Assembly: GCA_005799025.1 (NCBI GenBank)
Contig: SYHX01000055.1
Location: 21,641-85,640 of the forward strand
Source: Bacteroidota bacterium
GTDB taxonomy: Bacteria; Bacteroidota; Bacteroidia; UBA7662
Direction: 5' to 3'
Length of the DNA: 64,000 bases
The position numbers were made by a program, and so were the translations under genes. Below the pieces are notes generated by a model that saw nothing but the letters and a program-made list of their open reading frames with translations, had not been told where the DNA came from and ran no database searches. Numbering within the stretch: position 1 is the first letter of the stretch; the number at the start of each line of letters is the position of its first letter. Shown here piece by piece: positions 55,795-64,000 of this stretch.

Positions 55795-56757
55795 ATGTCT
55801 TTTCTGGAAATTCGTTCGGTGAGTAAAAGCTACCGACAGCATCAAGCCCTCAAGGAGGTAAGCCTCGATATTCAAAGGGGCCACATCATGGGTCTGCTCG
55901 GGCCCAACGGAGCTGGTAAAACCACCTTGATCCGCATGATCAACCGTATTCTCGCCCCGGATAGTGGGACAATCATTTTGGACGGGACGGAATTGGACCC
56001 GAAGCACTCGCGCCGAATAGGGTATTTGCCCGAAGAGCGAGGCCTTTACAAAAAAATGAAAATCGGCGAGCAATTGTTGTACTTGTCCCGCCTACGCGGC
56101 ATGAGTGCAGGCGATTCCTTGACGGCAGCCAAAAAATGGATGATCCGCTTAGAAATGCAAAGCTGGTGGAACAAGAAGGCCGAAGAGCTCTCTAAGGGAA
56201 TGCAACAGAAGGTTCAACTGGTGGCATCCTTGATGCACGACCCCGATTTATTGATTCTTGACGAACCTTTCTCCGGATTCGATCCCGTGAATGCACAGAT
56301 GCTCAAAGAAATTATCCTGGAGCGGCGGGCGGCGGGCACCACCCTTCTGATTTCAACCCACCGCATGGAAACAGTCGAAGACCTGTGCTCCGACGTGGTC
56401 CTTATCCATAAAGCCGGGGTGGTGCTGGCCGGACCGACCCAGGCCGTTCGCCGACAGCACAGCGGCAATCAAATCGAAATCCATTGCGCCGGCGACTTGG
56501 CCTCGCCGCCGCCCGCCCCCCCTGCCCATACCCCGGTCAATTCAACCTCCTCGAATAGCTTAGCTATCTCGGATGGGATAGCCTCTGAATCCACAGGAGA
56601 GGCCATCATCCGTTTGGTCTTTGAGGCGACTCCTTCCGAATGGCCAGCCATCATTGAACATTACAATCACCACAGCCGGATCGTTTATTTTGCCGAAAGA
56701 CTCCCCAGCTTCCAAGACATCTTTATCAAAGCAGTAGGACCTAACCATCAATCGTAA
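55795..56757 (+). CDS. ABC transporter ATP-binding protein (ABC-2/NatA-like) with ~90-aa C-terminal extension
   Basis: Walker A GPNGAGKTTLIRMI, signature LSKGMQQKV and Walker B LLILDEPFSGFD, followed by a Pro-rich linker PPPAPPAHTP and an extra C-terminal domain. Confidence 0.85.
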   Translation: MSFLEIRSVSKSYRQHQALKEVSLDIQRGHIMGLLGPNGAGKTTLIRMINRILAPDSGTIILDGTELDPKHSRRIGYLPEERGLYKKMKIGEQLLYLSRLRGMSAGDSLTAAKKWMIRLEMQSWWNKKAEELSKGMQQKVQLVASLMHDPDLLILDEPFSGFDPVNAQMLKEIILERRAAGTTLLISTHRMETVEDLCSDVVLIHKAGVVLAGPTQAVRRQHSGNQIEIHCAGDLASPPPAPPAHTPVNSTSSNSLAISDGIASESTGEAIIRLVFEATPSEWPAIIEHYNHHSRIVYFAERLPSFQDIFIKAVGPNHQS

Positions 56758-56767
56758 ACCACGAATA

Positions 56768-58087
56768 ATGAACAAAATCCCGCTGGTCGCCGGCCGTGAA
56801 TTTTTCACCCGCATTCAAAGCCGAACCTTCCTTGTCATGTCCTTGCTTGGCCCTCTTTTGTTTGGGTTATTCATTATGGTCCCGGTGCTAATGGCCCAAT
56901 GGGACAACGAATCCACCACCGTTTGGGTCCATGATCCCTCCGGAAATTTTGATAGCGCCTTTGCAAATGCGGATGGATTGAATTTCCAAAAATTACCCCA
57001 AGGTACCTTGAGTAATGGCCCCTTGAATGCTAAGGATAGCGCCAATATTCGCGAATTGTTACAAAACAGCGATGTCGGAGTCCTTTCCCTTCAGGTTGTG
57101 GACTCTTCGTGGAATTCCAAAATCGCCTATTTTTCGGAGCAATCCGCTGGCCTTCAAATCACCGAACGAATTAAGAATGCGGTGAACGAGCGTATTTACC
57201 AAATGCGCATGAATCAATACGGCCTTGATCCACAAACGATTGAATCTCTCAAAGCCGAATCCGACCTCAAAGCCTACGTGTGGACCGAAGAGGGCAGCCA
57301 AGACAGCCATACCGAAATGGCCACGATGCTGGGATTCGGAGCTGCTCTACTCATGTATATGTTTATCTTCCTGTATGGAAGCATGGTCATGCGCGGTGTG
57401 ATTGAGGAAAAAGCGGGAAGGGTCATGGAACTTCTAATTTCAACGACAAGCCCTTTTCAGTTGATGATGGGCAAGATTCTTGGGATTGCCTCTGTAGGGC
57501 TTTTCCAGTTTATTTTGTGGATATTGTTGGGAGCCGGAATCAGCACGTTGATTGGAACGATGGGACTTGTTGAAAGTTCCCCACAAACCGCAACCATGGG
57601 GGTGAACGCCGCCCAACTCCCCGATACCGCCACCAGCCCTAATTGGATGCAAATGCTGGGATCCATGCCTTGGGAAAGCATCGTTCCCTTGTTTCTGTTT
57701 TACTTCCTTGGCGGGTATTTCCTGTATGCTGCCCTCTTCGCAGCGGTTGGCTCGGCGGTGGATTCCGAAGGGGACTCCCAACAACTCGTCATGCCCATCA
57801 GCATGCCCATTATCCTAGCCTTCATCGCTTCTCAATTTGTGATGCAGAACCCCCACGGGTCTTTGGCCTTCTGGATGAGCATGTTCCCCCTGACCTCACC
57901 CATTGTGATGGTAGTGCGCCTACCCTTTGGGGTGCCCCTCTGGGAAATTGCACTCTCCATCAGCCTTCTGGTGACTGCCTTTGTGGGTTCGGTTTGGATC
58001 GCCGGTCGCATTTTCCGGATTGGGGTCTTGATGTACGGCCAGAAGGTCTCCTTGGGCCTTCTGCGTAAATGGCTCTTCTATCGTTAA
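56768..58087 (+). CDS. ABC-2 family transporter permease (NatB-like; one N-terminal TM, large extracytoplasmic loop, five C-terminal TMs)
   Basis: Hydropathy layout typical of ABC-2/NatB permeases, located immediately downstream of the ABC ATPase. Confidence 0.7.
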   Translation: MNKIPLVAGREFFTRIQSRTFLVMSLLGPLLFGLFIMVPVLMAQWDNESTTVWVHDPSGNFDSAFANADGLNFQKLPQGTLSNGPLNAKDSANIRELLQNSDVGVLSLQVVDSSWNSKIAYFSEQSAGLQITERIKNAVNERIYQMRMNQYGLDPQTIESLKAESDLKAYVWTEEGSQDSHTEMATMLGFGAALLMYMFIFLYGSMVMRGVIEEKAGRVMELLISTTSPFQLMMGKILGIASVGLFQFILWILLGAGISTLIGTMGLVESSPQTATMGVNAAQLPDTATSPNWMQMLGSMPWESIVPLFLFYFLGGYFLYAALFAAVGSAVDSEGDSQQLVMPISMPIILAFIASQFVMQNPHGSLAFWMSMFPLTSPIVMVVRLPFGVPLWEIALSISLLVTAFVGSVWIAGRIFRIGVLMYGQKVSLGLLRKWLFYR

Positions 58088-58125
58088 TTCGGGATAACCC
58101 CTCCAACGATTCCTCCAGCTCCCTG

Positions 58126-59130
58126 ATGATCACGACCCATCGCCGCGGGGATCGGTTAGCGGTCGTTGACATGGGGACCAATGTCTTTGGGCTTGCCGTT
58201 GGTACCTTGAACAGCAACGACTCACCGCATTGGATTCACCGCGCTGAACTTGAAGTGGGCCTGGCCTCCGAAGGTTTTGGTATCCTCACAGAGGCGGGCC
58301 AAAAGCGGGCCGAAACTGCGCTCCAACATCACCTCCAAATCGCCTTGGATCATGGAGCAACTGCATTCTACGGGTTTGGTACAGCAGCGCTGCGTCAATG
58401 GAGCCAAGCCCCTGAATGGCTTCACCGCACGGCCTTGACTCTGCACAACAACATTCCCCTCCAACAGCAAATTCCCATCAACCTCACTGTGATTTCAGGT
58501 ACTCAAGAGGCGGAATGGATTCGCTACGGGCTTCAGCAGTCAGGGCTATTGGAAAATGGACCTGTCATAATCAATGATATTGGAGGCGGCTCTGTAGAGC
58601 TTGTACTTTGCCACGGCGACAGAACCTACCTTGCCCTTTCACTTCCGCTGGGTATGCGAAAATTATTGCACCAGTTTCCAATTCGTAAACCACAGAGCCA
58701 TTCAGAAGATTCTCAAAATCCTCCTGCAAAGAGTGCCTTTTACCAGAAGGCCTTTCAAGGATGTTACGATTTCTTAATCAGGGAATTCAAAGGTCATTTG
58801 GGTGAAACCTTAGCCCAAATTCAACCCCTTCGTATACTGGGTACCGCAGGCCCATACTGTACCCTTGAACAATGGGTTCGGTCCTACCTTTCCGCAAACC
58901 ACGCATCGTTGACCCTAATTTCGAGGGATATCTGCGCAGCCTTTGGGGATGCCGCAACCCTTCGCCTGCAAGGCAAGTACCCACCTTTGCACCCCCTGTC
59001 CACCGATGCCGTGGTACATGCCTCTGCTTTGATGTTGGCCCTGAGCGACGCCTGCGGAGGCTTGCCCATACAGACCACGGATCTCTCCATGCGGGAAGGC
59101 GCCCTCCTTGCCCTGTTTCATAACAATTAA
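58126..59130 (+). CDS. Ppx/GppA family phosphatase (exopolyphosphatase / pppGpp phosphohydrolase-like, ASKHA domains only)
   Basis: LAVVDMGTNVFGLAV (equivalent to the AaIDlGSNSF motif) and VISGTQEAEWIRYGL...VIINDIGGGSVELVL (the iDIGGGStE motif). At about 335 aa it lacks a C-terminal HD extension. Confidence 0.65.
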   Translation: MITTHRRGDRLAVVDMGTNVFGLAVGTLNSNDSPHWIHRAELEVGLASEGFGILTEAGQKRAETALQHHLQIALDHGATAFYGFGTAALRQWSQAPEWLHRTALTLHNNIPLQQQIPINLTVISGTQEAEWIRYGLQQSGLLENGPVIINDIGGGSVELVLCHGDRTYLALSLPLGMRKLLHQFPIRKPQSHSEDSQNPPAKSAFYQKAFQGCYDFLIREFKGHLGETLAQIQPLRILGTAGPYCTLEQWVRSYLSANHASLTLISRDICAAFGDAATLRLQGKYPPLHPLSTDAVVHASALMLALSDACGGLPIQTTDLSMREGALLALFHNN

Positions 59131-59134
59131 AATT

Positions 59135-60589
59135 TTACACCCTTGGCTGGACCAAAATCAATCGATCCGAACAACGGGTCACGGCAGTGTACAACCATCG
59201 CAAATAGCTCACAGGATCTTGCACCGCATAAGGCTTTTCTAACAACAGATACACTCTAGACCAAGCTCCCCCCTGTGCTTTATGAACGGTCTGGGCATAG
59301 GGATACTTGACCCAAAGAGCCGACAGGTAAGGATCCTTCTCCGCCGTATCAGGGTCCACCACCCGATGCTGCCACAATGCCTGTTGCTGGACTGGATTCA
59401 GGGAGGCCTGACCAGATTGAAGGAGATCGAGGCACAATTTCCCTTCAAAAGTCCTTTCATCGCCGTCCATTCCAATCCACTCCATCATGGCATTCATCCA
59501 TGACATACCTGCATGCTGATGCGTTTTCCCGACTCGTTTCAAAAGGCGAATCTCCTCCCCATTTGCTAACAAGTGACCACCGATTAGATACTGGTTGCGT
59601 ACGACCAAAAGAGACTCCCCTTCCTGAGGTCTCCCTACCTGACCATCAAAACGCCTTAGTCTATATCCATTGTTGAACTTAGATGCCCATGCGTTTGAAT
59701 AGGCAAGCAAAACACTTTGACCAGGCTCATAATGCTTTTCAAAATCAAGTATCGCGGTGGACATCGTGGCATGCATCAAAGGCTCTTCTTGGCATGCGCC
59801 GTCCGCGTACTCTTTTATCCATTCACCGAATTCCGTCCACCAGGTACCGCTCTTGTACTCCTTATTCACGGTACCTTCAGAAAGGTCTTGTGATACCTCA
59901 ACAGATCTCTTTTCCATTTGCATCCAACCCAAAATGCAACCAGCCAAATGCAAGACCGGAGATAAGGCCGATTGACGGTACCTCCCCGCCAATTCAATTT
60001 TTCGGAAATCACAACCCCAAGGTATCCAAGAACTTGGAAGAAACGCCGGGGATTCGGTTTCACCCACAGGCGGAAGCTGGTACGGATCTCCCACCAAAAT
60101 GATTTTGTGCCACGAAGAGGACTGATAAATTTGTTGTAACAAATCTGCGATTAACGACTCGCCACCACCACTTCCATTCCCCATCATCGAAGCCTCATCC
60201 ACCACAAACACACAGGGTTCATCCCTTTCCATAGACTTTAATTCAAAACGAACTCTGGTGCCTCTACCGTTCAACAAATCATCTTCCACGGGACGGTAAA
60301 GTTGGCGATGCAAGGTATTTGCTCTACATCGCGCGGTTTGGGCAAGGACCTTCGCCGCTCGGCCTGTTGGCGCCAACAAAACCACAGGCCTATCCGCTTG
60401 ACGCATCCATCGAACCAAGGCCTTCATCATGAAGGTTTTACCACTTCCGGCAGGACCTGTCATCACCAGGACCCCTTTCTCGGTGTCGTTAAGAACAAAC
60501 TCCTCCAGAGCCTCCAGAGCCGCACGTTGAGAATCGTCCGCCTGAATTCCTGGATTGAGGCCTTCGAAAATCGTTAACATATTCTTCAT
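59135..60589 (-). CDS. SF1B RecD/Dda-like ATP-dependent DNA helicase
   Basis: Walker A VMTGPAGSGKTFMMKAL, Walker B VFVVDEASMMG, motif III ILVGDPYQLPPV, motif V AQTVHKAQGGAWSRVYLLL, and motif VI LYTAVTRCSDRLILV. Confidence 0.8.
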   Translation of the reverse strand: MKNMLTIFEGLNPGIQADDSQRAALEALEEFVLNDTEKGVLVMTGPAGSGKTFMMKALVRWMRQADRPVVLLAPTGRAAKVLAQTARCRANTLHRQLYRPVEDDLLNGRGTRVRFELKSMERDEPCVFVVDEASMMGNGSGGGESLIADLLQQIYQSSSWHKIILVGDPYQLPPVGETESPAFLPSSWIPWGCDFRKIELAGRYRQSALSPVLHLAGCILGWMQMEKRSVEVSQDLSEGTVNKEYKSGTWWTEFGEWIKEYADGACQEEPLMHATMSTAILDFEKHYEPGQSVLLAYSNAWASKFNNGYRLRRFDGQVGRPQEGESLLVVRNQYLIGGHLLANGEEIRLLKRVGKTHQHAGMSWMNAMMEWIGMDGDERTFEGKLCLDLLQSGQASLNPVQQQALWQHRVVDPDTAEKDPYLSALWVKYPYAQTVHKAQGGAWSRVYLLLEKPYAVQDPVSYLRWLYTAVTRCSDRLILVQPRV

Positions 60590-60631
60590 CGTGCGGACTG
60601 ATTCAACGCATTCACCCTCCCAAGGTAGGTG

Positions 60632-61426
60632 TCACATGGCTTCTTCCAAAATCTGCATTGCACCGGCCTCCACGATAGCATCCCACAAGGCACGGCGTGC
60701 TTGTAAAGCTTCCTTCACAGCCTCTGCAGCCTCTTGCCACAAAACAGGATCCGAACCGCAGGCCCATTCGGTCATGCGGTAGGCCAAGTGCTTATGGTGT
60801 TCTCCGTCTACCTCTATATGCCTCTCGAGATAATAGACAAAGGACGACAATTTACCAGGAAACTCCCGGTTCATCGTCCCCACCATACGAATAAACATGT
60901 CCGGGATCAAATCCTCTCTCCCCAGGGTGAATACCGCAGCCAATTCATGGGTCCCTGCACGGCGAATCAAATCAAAGGTTCGGCGATTGAATGCCAATCC
61001 CCCTTCCGGCAACCCAACAGGCTCCCCCTCGTCCGTATTCCATCGATAATCCCGCACATATCTCTCAAAGACCTCTGTTTCAAGACCCAATTCCCTCATA
61101 GCCTTGAGGTACAACTCAAAGTGAGAAATATGCCCGCCTTCCGGATCCTCATCACTCTCCTCCCCCAAAACTATTTCGTTGATCAGGAAGCGAACCTCAG
61201 GATCCCCGACAGGTTTCCATGGTAATTGCATACCCGTCAATCGCGATTGCAGGCCCTTAACCAAAGACATGAAATCCCAAACCGCATGGGCATGGTGGAC
61301 CATGAACACCTTGACATGCTCTGTACTGCGCATGGATTGATAAAGAGGATGGTCCAATAAACTTTGACGGTAAGGAGCTACGGCCTCGATCAGGCCTTGA
61401 ATGGAGTGGATGGCATTGAGGGTCAT
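60632..61426 (-). CDS. DUF3050 (heme-oxygenase/TenA-like fold) family protein
   Basis: The 264-aa helical protein has the N-terminal pattern IQGLIEAVAPYRQSLLDHPLYQSMRSTEHVKVFMVHHAHAVWDFMSLVKGLQ, matching my recollection of DUF3050. Confidence 0.5.
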   Translation of the reverse strand: MTLNAIHSIQGLIEAVAPYRQSLLDHPLYQSMRSTEHVKVFMVHHAHAVWDFMSLVKGLQSRLTGMQLPWKPVGDPEVRFLINEIVLGEESDEDPEGGHISHFELYLKAMRELGLETEVFERYVRDYRWNTDEGEPVGLPEGGLAFNRRTFDLIRRAGTHELAAVFTLGREDLIPDMFIRMVGTMNREFPGKLSSFVYYLERHIEVDGEHHKHLAYRMTEWACGSDPVLWQEAAEAVKEALQARRALWDAIVEAGAMQILEEAM

Positions 61427-61503
61427 TGGAGACGATTTTTAGCCTAAGTAGAACGCCATTCATTCGCTCAGGTTTTACCTTTGGCCAGCAAAATTTTAAA
61501 TTC

Positions 61504-62862
61504 ATGGTTGTCGCTCTCATTCTGGTCTTCGTCCTTGGCTACGCCGCCATTGCACTCGAGCACCCCATCAAAATCAACAAGACGGCCTCGGCCCTGCTCA
61601 CCGCGGTGATCTCTTGGACCCTGCTGGTCATGTTGCCCATGCCCGATGGCATTGAGGGCAGCTCCGCCTTCGCCGCTTACCTGAGCGGTTTGGGAGAGGG
61701 CGGCTTAGGCAATTTGCAGGAGCATTTCAAGCACTTTGTCGGCGATGAATTGAGCCACCATCTGGGCAGTATCTCCGAAATTCTCTTCTTTCTACTCGGC
61801 GCCATGACCATCGTGGAATTGGTCGATGCGCATCAAGGCTTCCGCATTATCACCGACCGCATCACCACCAAGAATACCGTCAAGCTCCTCTGGATCGTTT
61901 CCATCATCACCTTTTTCCTTTCGTCAGTTTTGGATAACCTGACCACTTCCATTGTAATGGTTTCCTTGCTCAGGAAGTTGATCAAAGAAGCCGAACAACG
62001 CAAATTCTTTGCCGGAATGGTCATCATCGCCGCCAATGCCGGCGGAGCTTGGACCCCCATTGGGGATGTCACCACGACGATGTTATGGATCGGTGGCCAA
62101 ATTAGCACAGGCGCCATCATGTCCAACGTTTTCCTGCCTTCATTGGTCTGTCTGATTGTTCCACTAGGGGTTCTTTCATTCAGTCTCAAAGGTGAAATCA
62201 AGGGCTTTGATCAAGCCACCACCAACGAAGGCCAAGGCAGCGTCAAAGGATCCTTGTTGATGCTCATCCTAGGCGTGGGTTCGCTGCTCTTTGTGCCCGT
62301 GTTCAAAACGGTCACTCACCACCCCCCTTACCTTGGTATCTTGTTGGGATTGGGATTGTTATGGTTGGTTTCGGAACTCCTACATTCCGGCAAAGACGAA
62401 GAAGAGCGCAAGCCTTTCACCGCCGTGCATGCCTTGTCCAAAGTTGATACCTCCAGCGTTTTATTCTTCCTCGGAATTCTTTTGGCGATCTCCGCCTTGC
62501 AAACAGCAAATATTTTATCCGCTGCAGCCACATGGCTGGACCAAACAGTGGGCGACCTGCGCATCATTGTTTACTTAATTGGTATGCTTTCGGCCATTAT
62601 TGACAATGTTCCGTTGGTGGCGGCCAGCCAAGGCATGTACGACATGACAACGTATCCCATGGATCATTGGATGTGGCAATTCATGGCCTTCTGCGCCGGC
62701 GTTGGGGGTAGTGGATTAATTATTGGTTCTGCGGCCGGTGTTGCGGTGATGGGCATGGAGAAAATTGAGTTTGGCTGGTACCTGCGCAAAATCTCCCTTT
62801 GGGCCATCCTCGGCTATACCGCCGGTGCCGTGGTTTACCTAGTGATGCAGGGTTTGTTTTAA
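61504..62862 (+). CDS. nhaD: NhaD/ArsB-superfamily Na+/H+ antiporter (ion transporter superfamily)
   Basis: About 12 TM helices, with IVSIITFFLSSVLDNLTTSIVMVSLL and AIIDNVPLVAASQGMY, typical of NhaD/CitMHS/ArsB permeases. The ATG is at 61504; the track start is TTG at 61426. Confidence 0.8.
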   Translation: MVVALILVFVLGYAAIALEHPIKINKTASALLTAVISWTLLVMLPMPDGIEGSSAFAAYLSGLGEGGLGNLQEHFKHFVGDELSHHLGSISEILFFLLGAMTIVELVDAHQGFRIITDRITTKNTVKLLWIVSIITFFLSSVLDNLTTSIVMVSLLRKLIKEAEQRKFFAGMVIIAANAGGAWTPIGDVTTTMLWIGGQISTGAIMSNVFLPSLVCLIVPLGVLSFSLKGEIKGFDQATTNEGQGSVKGSLLMLILGVGSLLFVPVFKTVTHHPPYLGILLGLGLLWLVSELLHSGKDEEERKPFTAVHALSKVDTSSVLFFLGILLAISALQTANILSAAATWLDQTVGDLRIIVYLIGMLSAIIDNVPLVAASQGMYDMTTYPMDHWMWQFMAFCAGVGGSGLIIGSAAGVAVMGMEKIEFGWYLRKISLWAILGYTAGAVVYLVMQGLF

Positions 62863-62905
62863 ACGACCACTGCCCAAACAACTACTACCCAGACCACCAG
62901 CCGCT

Positions 62906-63463
62906 ATGGATTTCCAAGCCGGACCTCTGCCTGGTCTCCTCATCATAGAGCCCCGAATTTATGGGGATGCCAGGGGCCATTTTGTGGAGACCTACCGCAA
63001 GAACCTTTTCGCGGCCAACGGTATCCACGAAGACTTTGTCCAAGACAACCAATCCATGTCCGGCAAGGGCATATTAAGAGGCTTGCACTTTCAGGCGCCC
63101 CCCCATGCCCAGGGCAAACTTGTTCGGGTCCTGCAAGGCCGTGTATTGGATGTCGTCGTGGATCTTCGGCGTTCATCCCCCACCTACGGGTGCTGGTTCA
63201 GCCTGGAACTAAGCCCCGAAAAGGGAAGAATGTTCTACATCCCCCCCGGCTTTGCGCACGGCTTCCTGACGCTAGAGGATCAAACGGTCTTTGCCTACCA
63301 ATGCACGGATTATTACCATCCATCCTCCGAAGGAGGCCTGCGATGGAACGACCCGGCGCTGGCGATTGACTGGGGTTGGAGCGACCACCAAAATCCCCCC
63401 TTGGTTTCGGACAAAGACCAAAAACTTCCGTATTTTGAGGACTTTAATAGTCCTTTTGCATGA
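62906..63463 (+). CDS. rfbC: dTDP-4-dehydrorhamnose 3,5-epimerase
   Basis: Cupin RmlC: PGLLIIEPRIYGDARGHFVETY, LRGLHFQAPPHAQGKLVRV, and YYHPSSEGGLRWNDPAL. Confidence 0.9.
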   Translation: MDFQAGPLPGLLIIEPRIYGDARGHFVETYRKNLFAANGIHEDFVQDNQSMSGKGILRGLHFQAPPHAQGKLVRVLQGRVLDVVVDLRRSSPTYGCWFSLELSPEKGRMFYIPPGFAHGFLTLEDQTVFAYQCTDYYHPSSEGGLRWNDPALAIDWGWSDHQNPPLVSDKDQKLPYFEDFNSPFA

Positions 63464-64000
63464 GTTTTTCGCCGGATATTCTTCACAAACTGGAGCTACT
63501 CCAGGCCAAATACGATGCCCTGGGGCAGGACCTGGGCTCCTACCTCGAAGGTCTTCTCCATGCCGATTTCCTGCCTTATTGGGATTATGTTCAGTTGGAT
63601 GTCCTTTTGAATCTTCAAAAACCCCGGACCGCCTTTGAGGACGAAAAGATTTTCATCCTCTACCACCAAATCACCGAGCTCTATTTCAAACTCTGCCTCA
63701 ACGAGCTGGCCCAGTTGTGCCGACCCGACGCTCACCCATCGGCCGCCACCGTTCAAGCCGAAGAAGTCCTGATGCGGGTTAAGCGGGTTAACCGATATTT
63801 TGATGCCTTGGCCTTGTCCTTCTCGATTATGACGGACGGCATGGACCCTGAACAGTTTTTGAAGTTTCGAATGGCCTTGCTGCCGGCCTCTGGATTTCAA
63901 TCCGCCCAATACCGCGAAATCGAATTGCACTGCACAGACCTCAAGAACCTAGTGCATCGGGATTTTCGCGACCGCATCCAACCGGATGCAGACATCGAAA
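63460..64000 (+). CDS. kynA: Tryptophan 2,3-dioxygenase (5' portion; 3' end beyond window)
   Basis: My own frame-1 translation from the ATG at 63460 gives MSFSPDILHKLELLQAKYDALGQDLGSYLEGLLHADFLPYWDYVQLDVLLNLQKPRTAFEDEKIFILYHQITELYFKLCLNELAQL..., which contains the TDO hallmark YxxYLxLDxLL...Q and the heme-pocket HQxxELWFK-like helix. The frame is open to the window end, so it is absent from the ORF track. The ATG overlaps the rfbC stop (ATGA). Confidence 0.75.
   Translation, partial: MSFSPDILHKLELLQAKYDALGQDLGSYLEGLLHADFLPYWDYVQLDVLLNLQKPRTAFEDEKIFILYHQITELYFKLCLNELAQLCRPDAHPSAATVQAEEVLMRVKRVNRYFDALALSFSIMTDGMDPEQFLKFRMALLPASGFQSAQYREIELHCTDLKNLVHRDFRDRIQPDADIE

Noticed and set aside
1-64000. 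CRISPR arrays, rRNA/tRNA genes, IS elements/transposases, integrases
   Set aside because: There are no regularly spaced direct repeats and no transposase- or integrase-like ORFs. Non-coding gaps are too short (mostly under 100 bp) to hold rRNA, and I could not recognise any tRNA cloverleaf in the few intergenic gaps. This cannot be fully excluded without a tRNA or covariance-model scan.

Overview
This is a gene-dense chromosomal segment (about 52% GC, roughly 54 CDS, almost no non-coding DNA) with the hallmarks of a Bacteroidota genome: a type III glutamine synthetase (GlnN), an S46 dipeptidyl-peptidase, an ftsK-lolA pair, a mutL-rhomboid arrangement, and cleavable signal peptides ending in 'AQ'. 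Most of the window is housekeeping: lpdA, cysS, ftsK, mutL, purL/purS/purE/purK, nadC, rsmI, rsmA, lnt, pssA, a menF-menD-menB menaquinone block, glnN, rfbC and a 3'-truncated kynA. Between these sit several secreted hydrolases: an S46 peptidase, M1 and M28 peptidases, an S8 subtilase and a GH18 chitinase-like enzyme. I found no rRNA, tRNA or CRISPR, and I see no clear mobile element. The most interesting region is 41.0-46.3 kb. It encodes three small signal-peptide proteins, one of which has the low-complexity G/T/S/N/V beta-rich composition and aromatic C-terminus I associate with DUF4402 / spore-coat-protein-U-like pilins. A strong GC-stem/T-tract hairpin follows that gene, then a PapD-like periplasmic chaperone, then a roughly 910-aa usher-like beta-rich protein. 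This gene order matches an archaic (sigma-class, Csu-like) chaperone-usher pilus operon, which to my knowledge has not been characterised in Bacteroidota. The second interesting feature is a conserved C-terminal module of about 110 aa. It consists of a CarboxypepD_reg-like beta-sandwich followed by degenerate dockerin-like DxNxxGxVNxxDAL repeats and ends in GDVNGSY. Three otherwise unrelated secreted enzymes in the window carry it (M1 peptidase, S8 subtilase, GH18 chitinase). None of the three ends in a recognisable T9SS C-terminal domain. I made every functional call by reading motifs from the six-frame translations, and no database searches were run.
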